NCBI GenBank assembly: GCA_036172245.1
Contig: JAYWIR010000027.1
Location: forward strand, 1,116,001 to 1,180,000
DNA: 64,000 nucleotides
Source of the DNA: Raillietiella orientalis
Lineage: Eukaryota
Direction of reading: 5' to 3'
Notes under the pieces: model-generated
Databases searched by the model: none
Told to the model about the DNA's origin: nothing
What the model saw: the letters and a program-made list of their open reading frames with translations, nothing else
In this document: positions 25,755-38,289 of the stretch, piece after piece
How the letters are laid out: every line of letters begins with the position of its first letter
Position numbering within the stretch: position 1 is the stretch's first letter
Made by a program: the position numbers and the translations under genes

Positions 25755-28700
25755 ATGGCGGACGTGTCAGACGTGTGTGTGTTCCCTGCGGTGGCAGGCG
25801 CCAGCCTGCGCAGGGATCCGGGACCCGTCTTCTGGACTGCGTCCGTGAGCCCCGGCTTCTGGGGGCACCCGGACGCGGCGAGCAGCGGTTTCTTCCGGCG
25901 AGAGGAGTCCAGGCGCGCCTTCCACCGCGACAGGCACCTCTTGGTGAAGGGACTGCCCAGGGGCTGCGAGCACGAGGTGAGTGAATCCGCGCCCCTACAC
26001 CCGCGGTTCGCGCGAGGTTCCGGAGGCAGGGAAGCGGCGGGAAGCGAGGGGAACACCGTTGCCACCGCTAGCGGACCATCCTCGCCCCCGTCCGCACCCC
26101 GCCTTTCCGGCCCCGTCTCCACGCGGATCGCGCGGGGGGAGCCAGCCGGTGGCGCGCGTTCCCATTGCGCCCGCCCCCTCGACTTGCTTCTTGCGGAAAG
26201 TGAGCGGGAACTCCCTGGGAACAGGACGAAGAGCGGCCCAGCGGGCCGCGTGTTCGGTTTGCCTCCGCGAAGGGCAGGCTGGATCTCAGGCGCCTCCTAA
26301 GTCCCCCTAGAAACTCCTGCAGATCGCCGCGCGAGCGCGGAGGGCGCGCGCCTCGTCCGAACACGCTCGCTCGGACGCCTCTGCCGAGTCTGGGCAGGCC
26401 GATGACCCCCGGGGAAGGAGGAGGAGGGGCAGGAAGGGTGAACCACGGCTTTCTGCTGCGCTCGGCGGCCGGCAGCACTGTCGCCCCGCTGAAGGCGAGG
26501 CGCTCCCGAACGGGCGGCGGCGAGGGGGCGCTGCTTCCGCGCGCGCGCGCCCGCGACCTCCCGTGGAAAGGACAGACAGAGGAGGTGCGGGGGTGGGAGA
26601 CCAGAGGGAGGACCCGTTCGGTCTCCGCGTCTCCTCGCCGGCCGGTCGTTTCATCTGCCGGGAACGAAACAGCCAACTCTTCCACCCCTCTCGGGGCGGG
26701 CGGAAGCGATCCGTGCCTTCTCCCGTTCTCCCCCCCCTCCCTGCACGACCGGGAGCGGCTTCCAGCAACTCTCTCGTTGATCCCCCGTTTCTCTCCTGCC
26801 AGGAAATCAAGGGGCTCTTCCCGGACCTGAAGGTCTCCTCCGTGCTGTCGCCCTCACCTTCCGACGCCACCAGAGTGTACATGGAGAACCCTCATGATCT
26901 GGACGACTGGGGCAAGGAGAGGACCTTCTGCCTGAGGGGCCACAAGGTCACAGCTCAGGTGTCACCGTCGGAGTTCATGCTCTGCGTGGCGAACCTGCCT
27001 GCCCGCTTCGACGAACATGACTTCCGCTGCTTCCTGCAGAAGTACGGAGAGGTGAAGAGGTGCTTCCTGATGTACAACGACGCGGACGGTCAGTTTCTGT
27101 TTCTCCCTCTCCCTCCCCCGCCGCCTCGGGACGGGCGTGGAGATTTGGGGGGGAGGGAACCCCCTGCGTCCTCCCCCAGCCCTCTAGCGCACGCCGAGCT
27201 CACCCACCGTCCGCGGACTCGCTACTGCCAAGGAAACGCGTCGACTGAAAGACAAGAGGGGCCGGAAGTTCGAATGTCGACCCTTAAAGAGGAGGAAACC
27301 AAGGTGGCTATTTCCACCCTTCTCCCACCCTCATCGTGGGCAGACCCCTGTGAGGAAGCTCCCTCTTCTGCCCCCTCCCCTCGAACTCCGTACAGTGGAC
27401 ACTGGTCGCTCCGGGCAAGGGACAGGTGGAGGCGTCGTCCTTGCACGTGCGACCGAGAAATCCTTCCCGGATCGCCAAGCCGCCTGGCCCGATCCAGCGA
27501 GCTTTCCTCCGTCCCCTCTCCTCGGGGGAGGAGAGGAAGGGGGCAAGGCGAGCACCAGCAAAGAATCTCAGAACAGAGGAGGGTCGCTCCCGCTTCGCCT
27601 CCCCCCCCCCCCTGACACGGCTACTGCTCCATCATCCGCGGGACGAAATCTACAACAGCCCCTTTCGGAACAGCAAAGCAGCCGCTCGAGGCAGAGTGCC
27701 TCGACCAGGCATGTGGGTCAGCCCCAGTTTGACACGCACGGACCTCCACTTGCACATCCCATCCTATCACATGACCTCCTTTTCCAAGAAGTGGTACTGC
27801 TGGCCTTCTCCTCCTCCTCCTTTCCTTTTCTCCCTTTTCCTCCTTTCTTCTCCCTTCCTCCCTCTGCTGACGGGGCTGGCGAGCCTGCACCTCTCACGTG
27901 CGAAAACAGGGTCCTCGGGCACGTGGAAGAAGCTGCAGTCCTGCTCGAAGGGGACGGAATGGCAGGAGGGTGAAGGGTGGCATTGACGAGGACAGTCGGA
28001 CATCTCCAAGATGCCGCGAGAGGCGACTTGCTGCCCTGCCACGCTTTGCTGCTTTTACCTTCCCCCCTTTCAGACGAGCGATCCGGGGCCTCGGCCCCGA
28101 CTGGACGGAAGGCGTAACGTCTCGGGAGGAAGGGGAGGTCAAGAGGGTCCAGCAGACGAGGAGGGGGCGGGCGAGAGAAGGGAGCGCCCGGGGGATCCTC
28201 GGCGCATCGGCCTGCGCTGCCAGGTGGGCAGGCAGGCGGCGCGCCACTGGCGCCGACTCGTTGCCAGGCGCCGGGATCTCGCGCTGGCGACAGGGAAGCA
28301 GCCCGCTCCCTCCTCTTTTCGCCATCGCCGTCGTCGTCATCGCAACCGACGTTCCTCCTCCTCTTCCTCCGAGGACGTCCGAGCCGGGGCGTGACAAGGG
28401 GAGGACTCCCTCCGGAGGTTTCCGCCTCTCGCAGTGCGCGGGTCGATGCATCGCGACTTCCCACTGCCCCCTGAGATAAGGGTAAGGGTGAGGGGAGACT
28501 GGAGCTCCCCTTCCCTAGAGAGGGTCTGCTCCCCTTCGTTCCGTCGAGGGGCGCGGACCACATCGCCGGAGGGGCCGAGTTGCTCCAACGGCCTCAGGGA
28601 TCACCGATCCAGGATCTCCATCCGATCGGGGATCCACGGGGCAAGCGCGCGTGGGGGGAGGCGCGGCTCTCCCGACTCGCCGCTCTTCCCGGTGCCCGCG

Positions 28701-31700
28701 GCGTCGCGAGACTGCCGCCCGGCGTTCCTTCCGGCCCGGCGCGCGAATGCCGAGCCGACGGCGAGCAATCCCGTTGCTAGGCGCTCGCCGCTCCCCCTCC
28801 CCACGGGGAGGAGCGCGCGCTTCGGGGGTTGACCTTGAGGCGGGAGAGAGGGGAAGGCGGGTGTGAGGCGATCCGGGGGCGTCCCGCCCGGTCGTCGATC
28901 TGGTCCGGCAGCTGCGAACGGGGATGTGGGAGGTTCCTTGGACGCAGCCGGGCAGGGGAAACGAGCGAAGGTGTGTGGTGGGGAAGGAGGTAGGCAACAG
29001 TCCTCTCAGGACCTCCTTCACGGGGGTCCACGGCAGCTTTCCGACAACAGCCCGCGGCGTGTCCCCAGGGAAGGGAAGGGGTTTCCGCCTCTTCCCATTC
29101 CCCGTCAGATGAAGCGTGCGGTATCCGCCTCCGAAGGTCTGCCTCCATCTTTTCAGGGGAGGGGGGTGAAGGAGGAGGGCTTCGGCCCGACCCCGGGCTG
29201 CTGGAAGCTGCGTCGAGAAGCTCATCCCGGCAGAGCTGCGGGCGGCGTCTCCGGCCGCGTCCGTCCCCCTTCCTCGGAAGCACGTCACTTCCCTTGACCT
29301 CCCTCTCTGCCTCCGCCAGGGGAGTGCGAAAGCGTGTGGGAGGGAGGAACCTCGAAGTCCTCTCAACCCTCCCGGAGAAGGTCAACGGGAGGGCGTGGGC
29401 GGGCGACACCCTCCGTTCCTCTGGGACCCCCCTTTCCCTTTTGGCATTCGGTTCTCTCTGTGGCAGAGAGGGTCTGCCCACCGAGGGCAGGGAGCTCCCA
29501 ATCGGCGGCAGAAGTGGTCAAGCGGCTTCCCTAAAGAGTCCGTTGGCCCGCACGTCCATCCTAGCGCGCTCGGCGTCTTCCTGAAGGGCAGGGGAATCCC
29601 CTCCCCTTGAATCCCCACTGCCTCTTTTGGCCCTCCAGCTTTTGGCGCCGCTCCCTCTCCCTGCTGTCAAAGGGGAAACCTCAGGGATGGAGGGGAGGAG
29701 TTGTCATCGGCTCGTCCCCGGAATCGCGCGAGAACCTCCAGATGTTTTTTTTTTTTTTTTGAGATTTTCCGTTCTTTCCTCTGCCATTTACCTCCAGGCA
29801 AGCGTCAGCCCGCTCTTGAGCTCTTAATGTTGCCTAACGGCGGCTAGCGGTGTCTCCCCATCGTGCTTTGAGGGTTCGCAGTCCGCTGACCCACCGTCTG
29901 AGCTCGATGCCCTCTCCGGACAAGGTGGAAGGGTTGCCGCAGTAACCCTCCCTTCCCTTCCCCGAGGCAGCAGCAGGCGGGCTCCTCTTCGCCGCTGCAT
30001 GGTGCCACCAGCCGTGGCGTCGTGCATCGCAGCGGTTGAAAGTGTGCGGGAACCACCGGCAGAACAAAAAACTCTCGTAGTCCTTGGATCCAACTCTTGC
30101 GCTGCCTCCTTCAGCAGGTCGTCAAGGACACCGGCGCGCGCGCAACTCTTCCCCCTACTCCCTTCCTCTTCTTCCTCCTTCCCTTTCTCCTCCTCCCTTC
30201 GTCTTCTTTTCCTCTTCTTCCCTTCCTCCTCTTCCTCTTCCCTTCCTCTTCGCCCCCCACCCCTGCGCGTTTTGCACCCACCCTCACGAGATCCTCTTTC
30301 CAGACGAATGCAAGGGCTACGGCTTCGTCAAGTTTGAGACCAACGAGAAGACCAGCCTCGCCCGGGAGCGGCTGAGTGGAGAGGTGCTCCGGGGCCACGT
30401 GCTCAGCTGCGACTGGCTGCACCCGTCCCACGTCACCTTCGATTCCCTGCACTCCAAGTGCCTGAAGGTCGACGGGCTCCCGAAGGACTACCGCGATATG
30501 GTCGAATTCCGCAGGATCTTCAGCGCGGTGGTGAACCCCCCGTACTGCCAGGTGAATGAGTTGTACAGGTTTCGTGGGGAAGGGAGAACAACAGGGGAGT
30601 GGCCCTCGGTGGAAGGGAGGAGATGGAAAGGCTGCAGTTCCTCCCTCCCCTTCGAAGCTGCCTCACTTGATAGCTCGCTGTTACAGGTGGTCCTGAAACA
30701 CGGATGCCCTCAGGACTTCGGCCTGGTCGAATTCAACCGCTGGGAGGAAGCTGAAGACACCTTTAGGAAACTCCAGGGCTTCGTCCTGAAGGGACTACCG
30801 CTTAAAATCTCGTACTGCATCCCCGGAGTCAGAGCCATCAACATCTACATGAAGATCGTGAATGAACCGGTGAGTGCTGCCCCTCTTTTCCTGGAGGTCG
30901 GGTCAGTCCGCCGGGCAAGCGTGGTTCTCCGTTTGGTAGTCTCCATGGACTCGGACAGGGTCGTGGGGGCAAGTAGAGGGCTTCCCGTTTCCCCGCAAGC
31001 ATAAAGGATGCGAAGCACCCACCCAGCTTCCCTTACACCACGTCGAACTGCTCCGGATCGCATGGAATGTGCCTCCTCCTTCTGTTTTCCAATCCCCTTC
31101 TCTTTGTTTCCGTTTTTCTTCTTCTTTTCTTTTCCTTTTCTGCTTTTCCGTGTCTTTTTGGCTCAGAAGACTCGAAGAGCACCTTTCTTAGGCGTCCCTT
31201 TGCGGACGAACGCCCGCGCTATCACTAAACCGCTGGCCTCGTGCACCGCACCTGCAAGGTGTGTGTGTGTTTGTGCACGGGCGAGGCTCTGGGGTCGCTG
31301 ATGCATAGATTCGCATGTCACTCTCGTGTTTTTAAGACAAATAGTGTTTTCATTCTGGCGTTGGACACACTCGTTGTTGTTGCACAACCCGTGTGCCATC
31401 GGCAACGAGCCCGAAGGTTGAGCCCTTCGGGCTCGTTGCCGGCACGTGGTAGGCGCCGATTTCCGTGATGATGAGGCGGACTGGGGATGGAAGCTGTGGG
31501 TTTTACCCGCTGCCGGTGCCGACTTGCCGGAGTTCGTTCGTCCGAAGGGTCTCCAAAAAGTGGAGTTGTACTGTTCCTGTGGGAACATGCAAGGGATTAG
31601 CACCTGCCTGAAAGGCATTCGGCTGCTGAGATGAAGATCCCTGGTCACGTGCGAAAGGAAATCAGTCGAAATAGCACCGTGGCACGTGTTGTGTTGAAAG

Positions 31701-34700
31701 CCCCGGTCTGCTCGAAGTAAACGACCCCGTCCAAGTCCTCAAAATCGGGAGTTTCCAAATCCAGGCAAACGGAAGCAGGAGCCAATCAATGTCTACATAT
31801 ACATAGCTCATCAGCATCTGGTGCGCGCGCGCGCGTGTGCGTGCGTGTCCGTGTTTTCTATCGTGTTAAAATCGTCACCTGATACACTCCATTATGTGCG
31901 GTTCGCGATCACTTTAACCATTCTCATGCCGTTTCTAACGATGCCTCTTTTTCGATTGCTTACGTGCATCATTTTGCATCTTTCCCCTTGTGCTCCAGCA
32001 CACCCTGCAGTCATGCGCAAACATCTCTTCCTACGTGTGGAATTCCCCCATTTGCTTAGGAACGACGGTCCACACACAGATGCGTGTCTTCTGTTTCTCT
32101 TCCACCCTTCCCTTACTCTTTCCGTCATGGGCACGTTCATGCAGGCTGCCCCCACACACCTCCGTTTGTAGCGAATGCGAGTTGCGGACCTGATGTCAAA
32201 CGGCTCCCTCCAAAAAGAAAGAGAAAAGAAAACCTGACGAAAGCAAAAGGCTGCAGGAGGAGCAAGTAATGAGAGGTTCCACCTACATGCAAGAAAATGT
32301 TCCATCTGGAGCACCGTAATCGACCGGCGAGAGTGCAGCGCCGAAATAGCGGTCCACTCAAAGAATCGGCCCGGTTCCCCCCCCCACCCCACCCCCCGTG
32401 TGCATTTGCCATGTGAATGTATCCCTCTTGAATCAAGCAAGGGGCGCGTATCGTGGGAACAGCCTGGGTGCCATCTTCGCAACTGCTGCATCTGATGAAG
32501 AAGAGATGAAATTCGCGAGCAGAAAGAAGATCGTATGACAGGAACTCTTGGGTCCCTTTCTCGAGCGAGTTGTGGTTGCGCCCGCAACAGCCGGATGCTC
32601 TGACTCTGCCCGTAGAGACGAGCCTGTACCGGTCCCTCTCTCCTGGCCTTGCGAAAGCTGGTTCGCGCGACGGCCCAGAGTGACGGGAACGGGGCTTCCG
32701 TAGGCAGGGAAATCGCGGCAACCCCGTGAATAAATGATCCTCGCTTTATGGAAGCGCGAGATCCCGCACTTCGAGGGAATTACACATGTTCCACATCATT
32801 AGGCAGAGTCAGAGCCTTTATCTGGCTTCCGTGGAGACTCTTGCAGAAGGTGACACCCTTTCTCGCACGAAACAGTGCATCATCAACGGCATTTTCTTGC
32901 CGCGTTCGAAACGGCTTGGGCCTCCTGTCTCGGAAATTGTGGAATTCATCAAAAGTCGATGCCCATTTGTCTTAAAGCTCCGAGCGATGGGGGGGGGTCG
33001 TCTTTTGAGAGACGGGCGGAGGAGGAAGGGGGGGGAGGGAACGCGTTCTCCAGCAGCACTCGTTGTCCGGAAGACGCAAGGACGTTCATTTGCAGGTTCG
33101 GAAGAGGAAAGGGAATGGTGTACGGTTCCAGATGGGGATCGGTCCCGGCTGCGCCCGAAAGTTTCTCCGTTGCCGTAGGAACGCGGCGCTCTGTAGCATC
33201 GGGCTGGACACGCACGCCTACAGCGGGCGGCAGGAAAACTTCTGCTTCGTTGGCGTACCACGAGAGGACGCCGGGGTTCGCGCAAGGAGTGGAGAGAGAA
33301 ATGGACGCTTCTCTGTACGCCTCGAGGCTGCATCACTTGGCATCATCCGATCGACGATCGAGTCTGTCTGTTCCGCTGCGCGAGTGGAAGGAGCGAGAGG
33401 ACGGATGCTGTTGCCAGACGGAGGAGACGGGGGGAGGACGGAGAACTTCGATGCCGATATGGCGGGGGCAGTTTCGGCTCCGACGTGCCCTCTCCTTCAC
33501 TCGTTCGTTCGCTCTTGAGCCCCCTTCCTTCCTCCGAACCGACCCCCACCGTCGACGCTGGGGGCGCGCGCCTTGCTGTTCTCCCGCGGACTCCGAGAAG
33601 CGACCGCCACCCGGCGGACCACCCCGTCCTTTCTCAAAGGAACCAGCCCGGGTCCTCCGAGAAGGAGACTGCCGCTGGAAGACGCAGGACGGAGACGCAA
33701 GCGCGTCCTCCACGACTGACCTGCCCTCACGAGTCCAAAGAAGGGTCGGGCGCGCGCCTCCCTCGCGGTGGAGCCCGGAGAACGTGGAACCTTCCTCCGG
33801 GAGAGAGCGCCGCGGCAGCAACGGGACGCACCAACCGCGGAAAGCATCACCTCCCCGGGATAAGAGAAGGGGGTGGAGTGGCGTAGGGGAAGCGATTCGC
33901 AGTTTCGTCCTGCTCCTCCACCGGGAAGCGTCGCTACGGCGCCGCCGGCGCCGCTCCGGCTCCCTGTCTGCTTTGAGGAACTCGCGTTGGCACCCGTGTG
34001 GCACCGAGCGTCGCGGGTTCGAATCTCGTCCGGGGAAGAAGGTTTGAAGACGAGAACGGGATGTTTGTGTCGTGGGTTGCGAGTCTCCCTCCCGCAAGAT
34101 GGCGCTGGTTGGCCCATAGTCGGGTGCCGCACTGGTGGAAGCCGGAGACCCCCTTTGACCGGCAGGGACGGGGAATGGACCTTCCTTTGGGATCCTTCCA
34201 GGACATCAAGGAGCCCTTCGGGGTTCCCCTTCGGTTGCAAAAATGGATCCTGGCTCCCTCCCTCTGGAGTGACTTTTTATCGAGCAGCATCGTGGGGCTC
34301 TTCAGAGTGGGAGGAAGCGCACTACTCCCTTCGGGGAGCGGCTCCATTTCTCTGAAGGGTCACTCCCTTCTGAGAAATGGGGAAGCGTCCCTTCGGGGGT
34401 TCTCTCCAGAAGAGGAAACAGGGAGCAGACTCTTGCCAGAGGTCCCTCTGGAAAAGGGCTGAGGGATGGCCCCCTCCGGGGGACCGACCCCTTCGGAGAG
34501 AATAAGGGGGAGGGTAACTTTGGGGACAACCGGGGCCAGGGTATCCTTCAGGGTCCCCTGCCAAGCGTAATAGGAAGCAGACTCGTTCCTCCGGAGTCCT
34601 CCCTGGATTCGTAGGGCAGTCCCCTCTTGGAGCATTCCCTATCCCGAAGAGTTAGCACCCCACCTCCGGGTAGGATTGGCAGCGGTATCGAGAAGAGCTT

Positions 34701-37088
34701 CATGATCCCCCTCTGAGGAGGCGGACGGTTGTCAGCACTCCTCGAGAACCGAAGAAGCTGGGAGGAAAGCGACGAAGGCAGGAGAACCGGGAATGATTTC
34801 CATCATCCCGGACCTCGCGCTTCTTCTCCTTTTGGACGCGCCCACTCCCGAGGGAAGAGGCCTCTCCCTCCCCCCTGGTGCGCCCCAGCCTCTCTTCCCT
34901 TGTCGCTCCGTATCTCGAAGGAAATTCTCTCAGTCCCGCCTCCCTCTCTTTCCAGGTATCCCCCGAGAAAGAAGCGCTGCTGCCGGAACCGCCAGCCACC
35001 ACCATCTACCGGCAGCTGAGCAACCTGACCAAGCACAACCCCAAATGTGAGTCTTCTTCGCACGAGGCTTGTCTTTGTCTTCCGGACGGGAGGGGCAAGG
35101 CGTCTGCCGCCAGCCCTCGAAGTCCGTCAAGGGCGCCCTGTCCTTGGCAAGCCTTGGGGACAGGGTGCGCTGCGCCCGCAGGGTTGTTCCCGTTCCTGTT
35201 GGCGCTGCTGTTCCGCCCGGCTAAAAATCTCTTCGGACCCGGGGTGCAGTGCGAGGGCGGCTGGGCGCTCCTCTTACAGGACGTCCCCTCCGCCAGCACG
35301 GACCCGTCGCCGGTTTGAGTAGGTCGGCTGGGCAATGCGAAACCTCGTGGGGCTCCAGCTGGGCGAGGGCGACTGCCATGCGCCGCCGCCGTCCAGGGGG
35401 AAGGGCGTCTTCTCTTCCCGGTCTAGGCTTTCCTCGACAGTCCCCACGAAATCCAGCAGGACTGTCTCACGCACCTCTGGGTTCGCCACTGCCACCCGCT
35501 TCCCTCGTACCTGGGAGGGGGCGGGGGAAATCTCCCTTTCCCTGTCCCGGACGCGCGGTTTTCCATCACTGTCCCTTTCTGGGAGGAGCCGCAACACCTC
35601 CCTCATTGATCTCGAATTGCGGCGCGATAATTTTCTTTCGACGTATCGCTCCTTTTTCCGGATGGTTCCGCATCACGCCGGATTTACGAGCCGCCGGGTT
35701 GCCAAGGCCAGACACCCCCTTGCGTGGCCCGTCATCCAATCCGGCGTTCCTCCTCGCCAAAGAACTCGAGCTTCTTGCAGCTCGCTTCCATAGACAGCGG
35801 GATCCCTCCTTGATCTCCTGTGAACATACCCTCCACTTCCTTCTCCACCCCTTTAGCTATTAGGAACTCGAAAACATCCACTGTGACCTCACTTCGCTGC
35901 CACTCGTATCAAATGAAACGCTGGTTGCGCTCCGTGACATCTAGCGGCGTGTTCTTAAACTGCCCGATCAAAGAGAAAAACGCTCGTAAGCCATGACAAT
36001 ACCTCGCACCCCTTGACATCTAGAGGACAATCCCGAAACTTATTTCAGGTGCTTTCGATGACTGTTGGTCTGAGAAAAAAGGGGAAGGAAAGGGGGAAAA
36101 AGGCATGCGGAAAAATTTCTTGGGTGCCTCGACGTAGTGGACTGGCAGCTCTCCTCTCTGAAGAAGAAGCTCATCCCCCTTTTCTGATCGACGGATCTCT
36201 TTTCCAGTCGCGCAGAGCCTTCAGAGCATCGTGTTGGACCAGATTTCCAAGCTGCCCAGAAGCGAGGAAGCGGCAGCAGCTCCCGGCACTCATGTGGCCG
36301 CCCCTGGCTCGTTCGTCAGGGACAAGGTCGTTCCTCCGGAGCACCAGGACCAGGGGAGCCTCAGTAGCGCACTGCCCGCCCTACTCGTGCTGCTGCTGAC
36401 CGAAGTCGGCAACGGCAGTCTTCTGGCCAACCCGTACCTGCTGGCCCTCCTCAAGCAACTCGTCTTTCCCTCCGGCAGCTCCGAAGCCAAGGTCTCCCGC
36501 GGCGCGAGCCCTTTCGAGAACGGATGCTGGTCCTGCTCCAAAGGACCTCCACAGGTCGCCCCCGCTCTCGGCAGCCCGGAAAACCTGCTGGACCGTTTCC
36601 TTGTCAGCGGCGCGCCGCCTTCCTCCTCCTCCTCGTCGTCCTCGTCCTCGTCCTCCTCCTCCGATCTCGATCCTTTCCCGTTCGGCTTCGGCGAAGAGAT
36701 GCGACAGCAAGACAAGCTGTACTGCAGCCTCATCAACAGCGTGGACAACCTCAGAAAGCTGCTGCTCGCCATGAAGCACTCGACGGGCGCGCCCTCCTAC
36801 CAGGAGCGTCCGGCGACGAACCCGCAGCCTCCGCCGGAAGCTAAGTTCGCGAACCTCCTCAGCGGCGACCTCCCGGAAAGCATCGCACGGCTGCTCTGCA
36901 GGGCGCCCGTCGACGAGCAGTTCGCCTTTCAGAAGCTGGGAGACGCCGAGCTGCTACCTCGCTACCCTCCGGGAGACGGAAGAACGGTCTGCCAGCCCCA
37001 GGAGCATCCCTTCTACAAGGACGAGAGAAAACGATACCTGAGACACTATTCTAAAGAATCCTATATTAAAAGAAGGAAGAAGATTTGA
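25755..37088 (+). CDS. RAVER: RAVER1/2-like (ribonucleoprotein PTB-binding) three-RRM splicing regulator, ~636 aa. Exons 25755-25976, 26803-27088, 30304-30551, 30687-30869, 34956-35046, 36208-37088
   Basis: GT-AG junctions join in frame (1911 nt). RAVER-type motifs: HLLVKGLP, MLCVANLP..F....KYGEVKRCFLMY, KGYGFVKF, LHSKCLKVDGLP, VNPPYCQ, ISYCIPG, ALLPEP, and a C-terminal HYSKESYIKRRKKI resembling vertebrate HYADSYLKRKRIF. Confidence 0.9.
28830..29680 (+). mobile_element. L1/Tx1-like fragment in RAVER intron 2
   Basis: GLPT motif; ggaatcccc...ggccctccagc matches the zf-RVT region at 10935-10980. Confidence 0.35.
31400..31441. other. Perfect 18-bp inverted repeat with a 6-nt loop in RAVER intron 4
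   Basis: CGGCAACGAGCCCGAAGG-ttgagc-CCTTCGGGCTCGTTGCCG. Confidence 0.9.
33600..34700 (-). mobile_element. L1/Tx1-like fragment in RAVER intron 4 (antisense)
   Basis: DNA homology to the 14.6-15.1 kb, 11.5 kb and 63.9 kb copies. Minus frames show LPILPGGGVLTLRD, PLHPLLL and LLWTREGR. Confidence 0.55.
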
Positions 37089-38289
37089 GTATCTTGTTTT
37101 CTGTTTCCCCCAGCACCAGTTCATCTCTGCGTCCACTGGTGAACATTGCCTTTTGTACTTCACTGGACTGGAAAAGTGAGATGTTCTTAAGACTGTACAG
37201 TTAGCACCTTGCTTTTTCTGGAAGCTTGCCCCATTTCACCACACCACCATCCGAGATCTTCCTTCTGTTCGTGTCCCTCCCTTTCTTTTTCCTTTTTTTT
37301 TTCCCGTTTGTTTGGTCGTCACGCCTTTGTTTTCGTGTACTTAACAAAGGAATCGCCTCATGAAATCGTCTCCGGTTTCCCATGGAGATGAAAGAAAGGC
37401 GTCTGATGTTTCTCAAATCCGGAAATTTCCTCTTCGAAAAAAAGGGAGGAAAAAAAAAAAAAAAAAGGAAAGCAAGAAAGAAAACGGGAAAAAAAAATAA
37501 AGAACTTGCTGATGCGGGTTTGTCTGACGAGCCTTCATTCCTTCACTTTCCGCAATTTTAGTGACAATGACAACCTTCAAATAAAAATGCAGCTTCTCTT
37601 CTTTCTCAATTTTCTTGATTTGTGCATATGTGTATATATATATGTGTGTGTATATGCCCCCGGCGTGGTCGAAACCCTCTGCCGCAAAGGTTTCTATCCT
37701 TCCTATTCCACTGTGGCGGCGCGCTGGAAAATGGCAGCCGATCTGGCAGCCCTTGCCTTGGCCTCGTGGAACGCTTTCTGATCGCGCGCTGGGGATGCTC
37801 GGCGCCCAGGGCTGTCCCCTCATCCTCCCCATTTTGGAGCGTCCAGCGCGCTTGGCGATGCCATTCTCTCCTCCCCTGAGCTGGGCTGTACGGAGGTTGT
37901 CACGTCGATTCCTTTCCATATTCGTTCCTGTTCCGCTGTGCGGGGAAGGCGGGGATCGGATGGGAACTCATCCTGGACCATTTCATTTGCACGTAATGAA
38001 GACGGAAAGCTGGACGGTTCGCCAGCTAAAACAAAGAACGGGTGGAGGAAAGTAGAAAGCAAGCCACGGCTGCCCCAAACCGAGGCATTTCAGCAAAGCT
38101 TAAAAGGAAAAGACGCCAAGAGCACAGTACTCTCCTTTTCTCGGCGTTTCTAAAGAAACGCACACCTTCACATTTTAAAGATTTTCAGAAATCACTTTTA
38201 TTGAACATTTCTCGCTTCAGAGCAGGCAGGTAACGGTCGCCGTTTTTCTTTTTCATTTTTCTCTTTTTTTTTGTTTTGTTTTTTCGAAT

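Noticed and set aside
36492..36554. Possible extra 63-nt in-frame intron in the last RAVER exon
   Set aside because: The donor (GTCTCC) is weak and the frame is open either way; it cannot be decided without RNA data.
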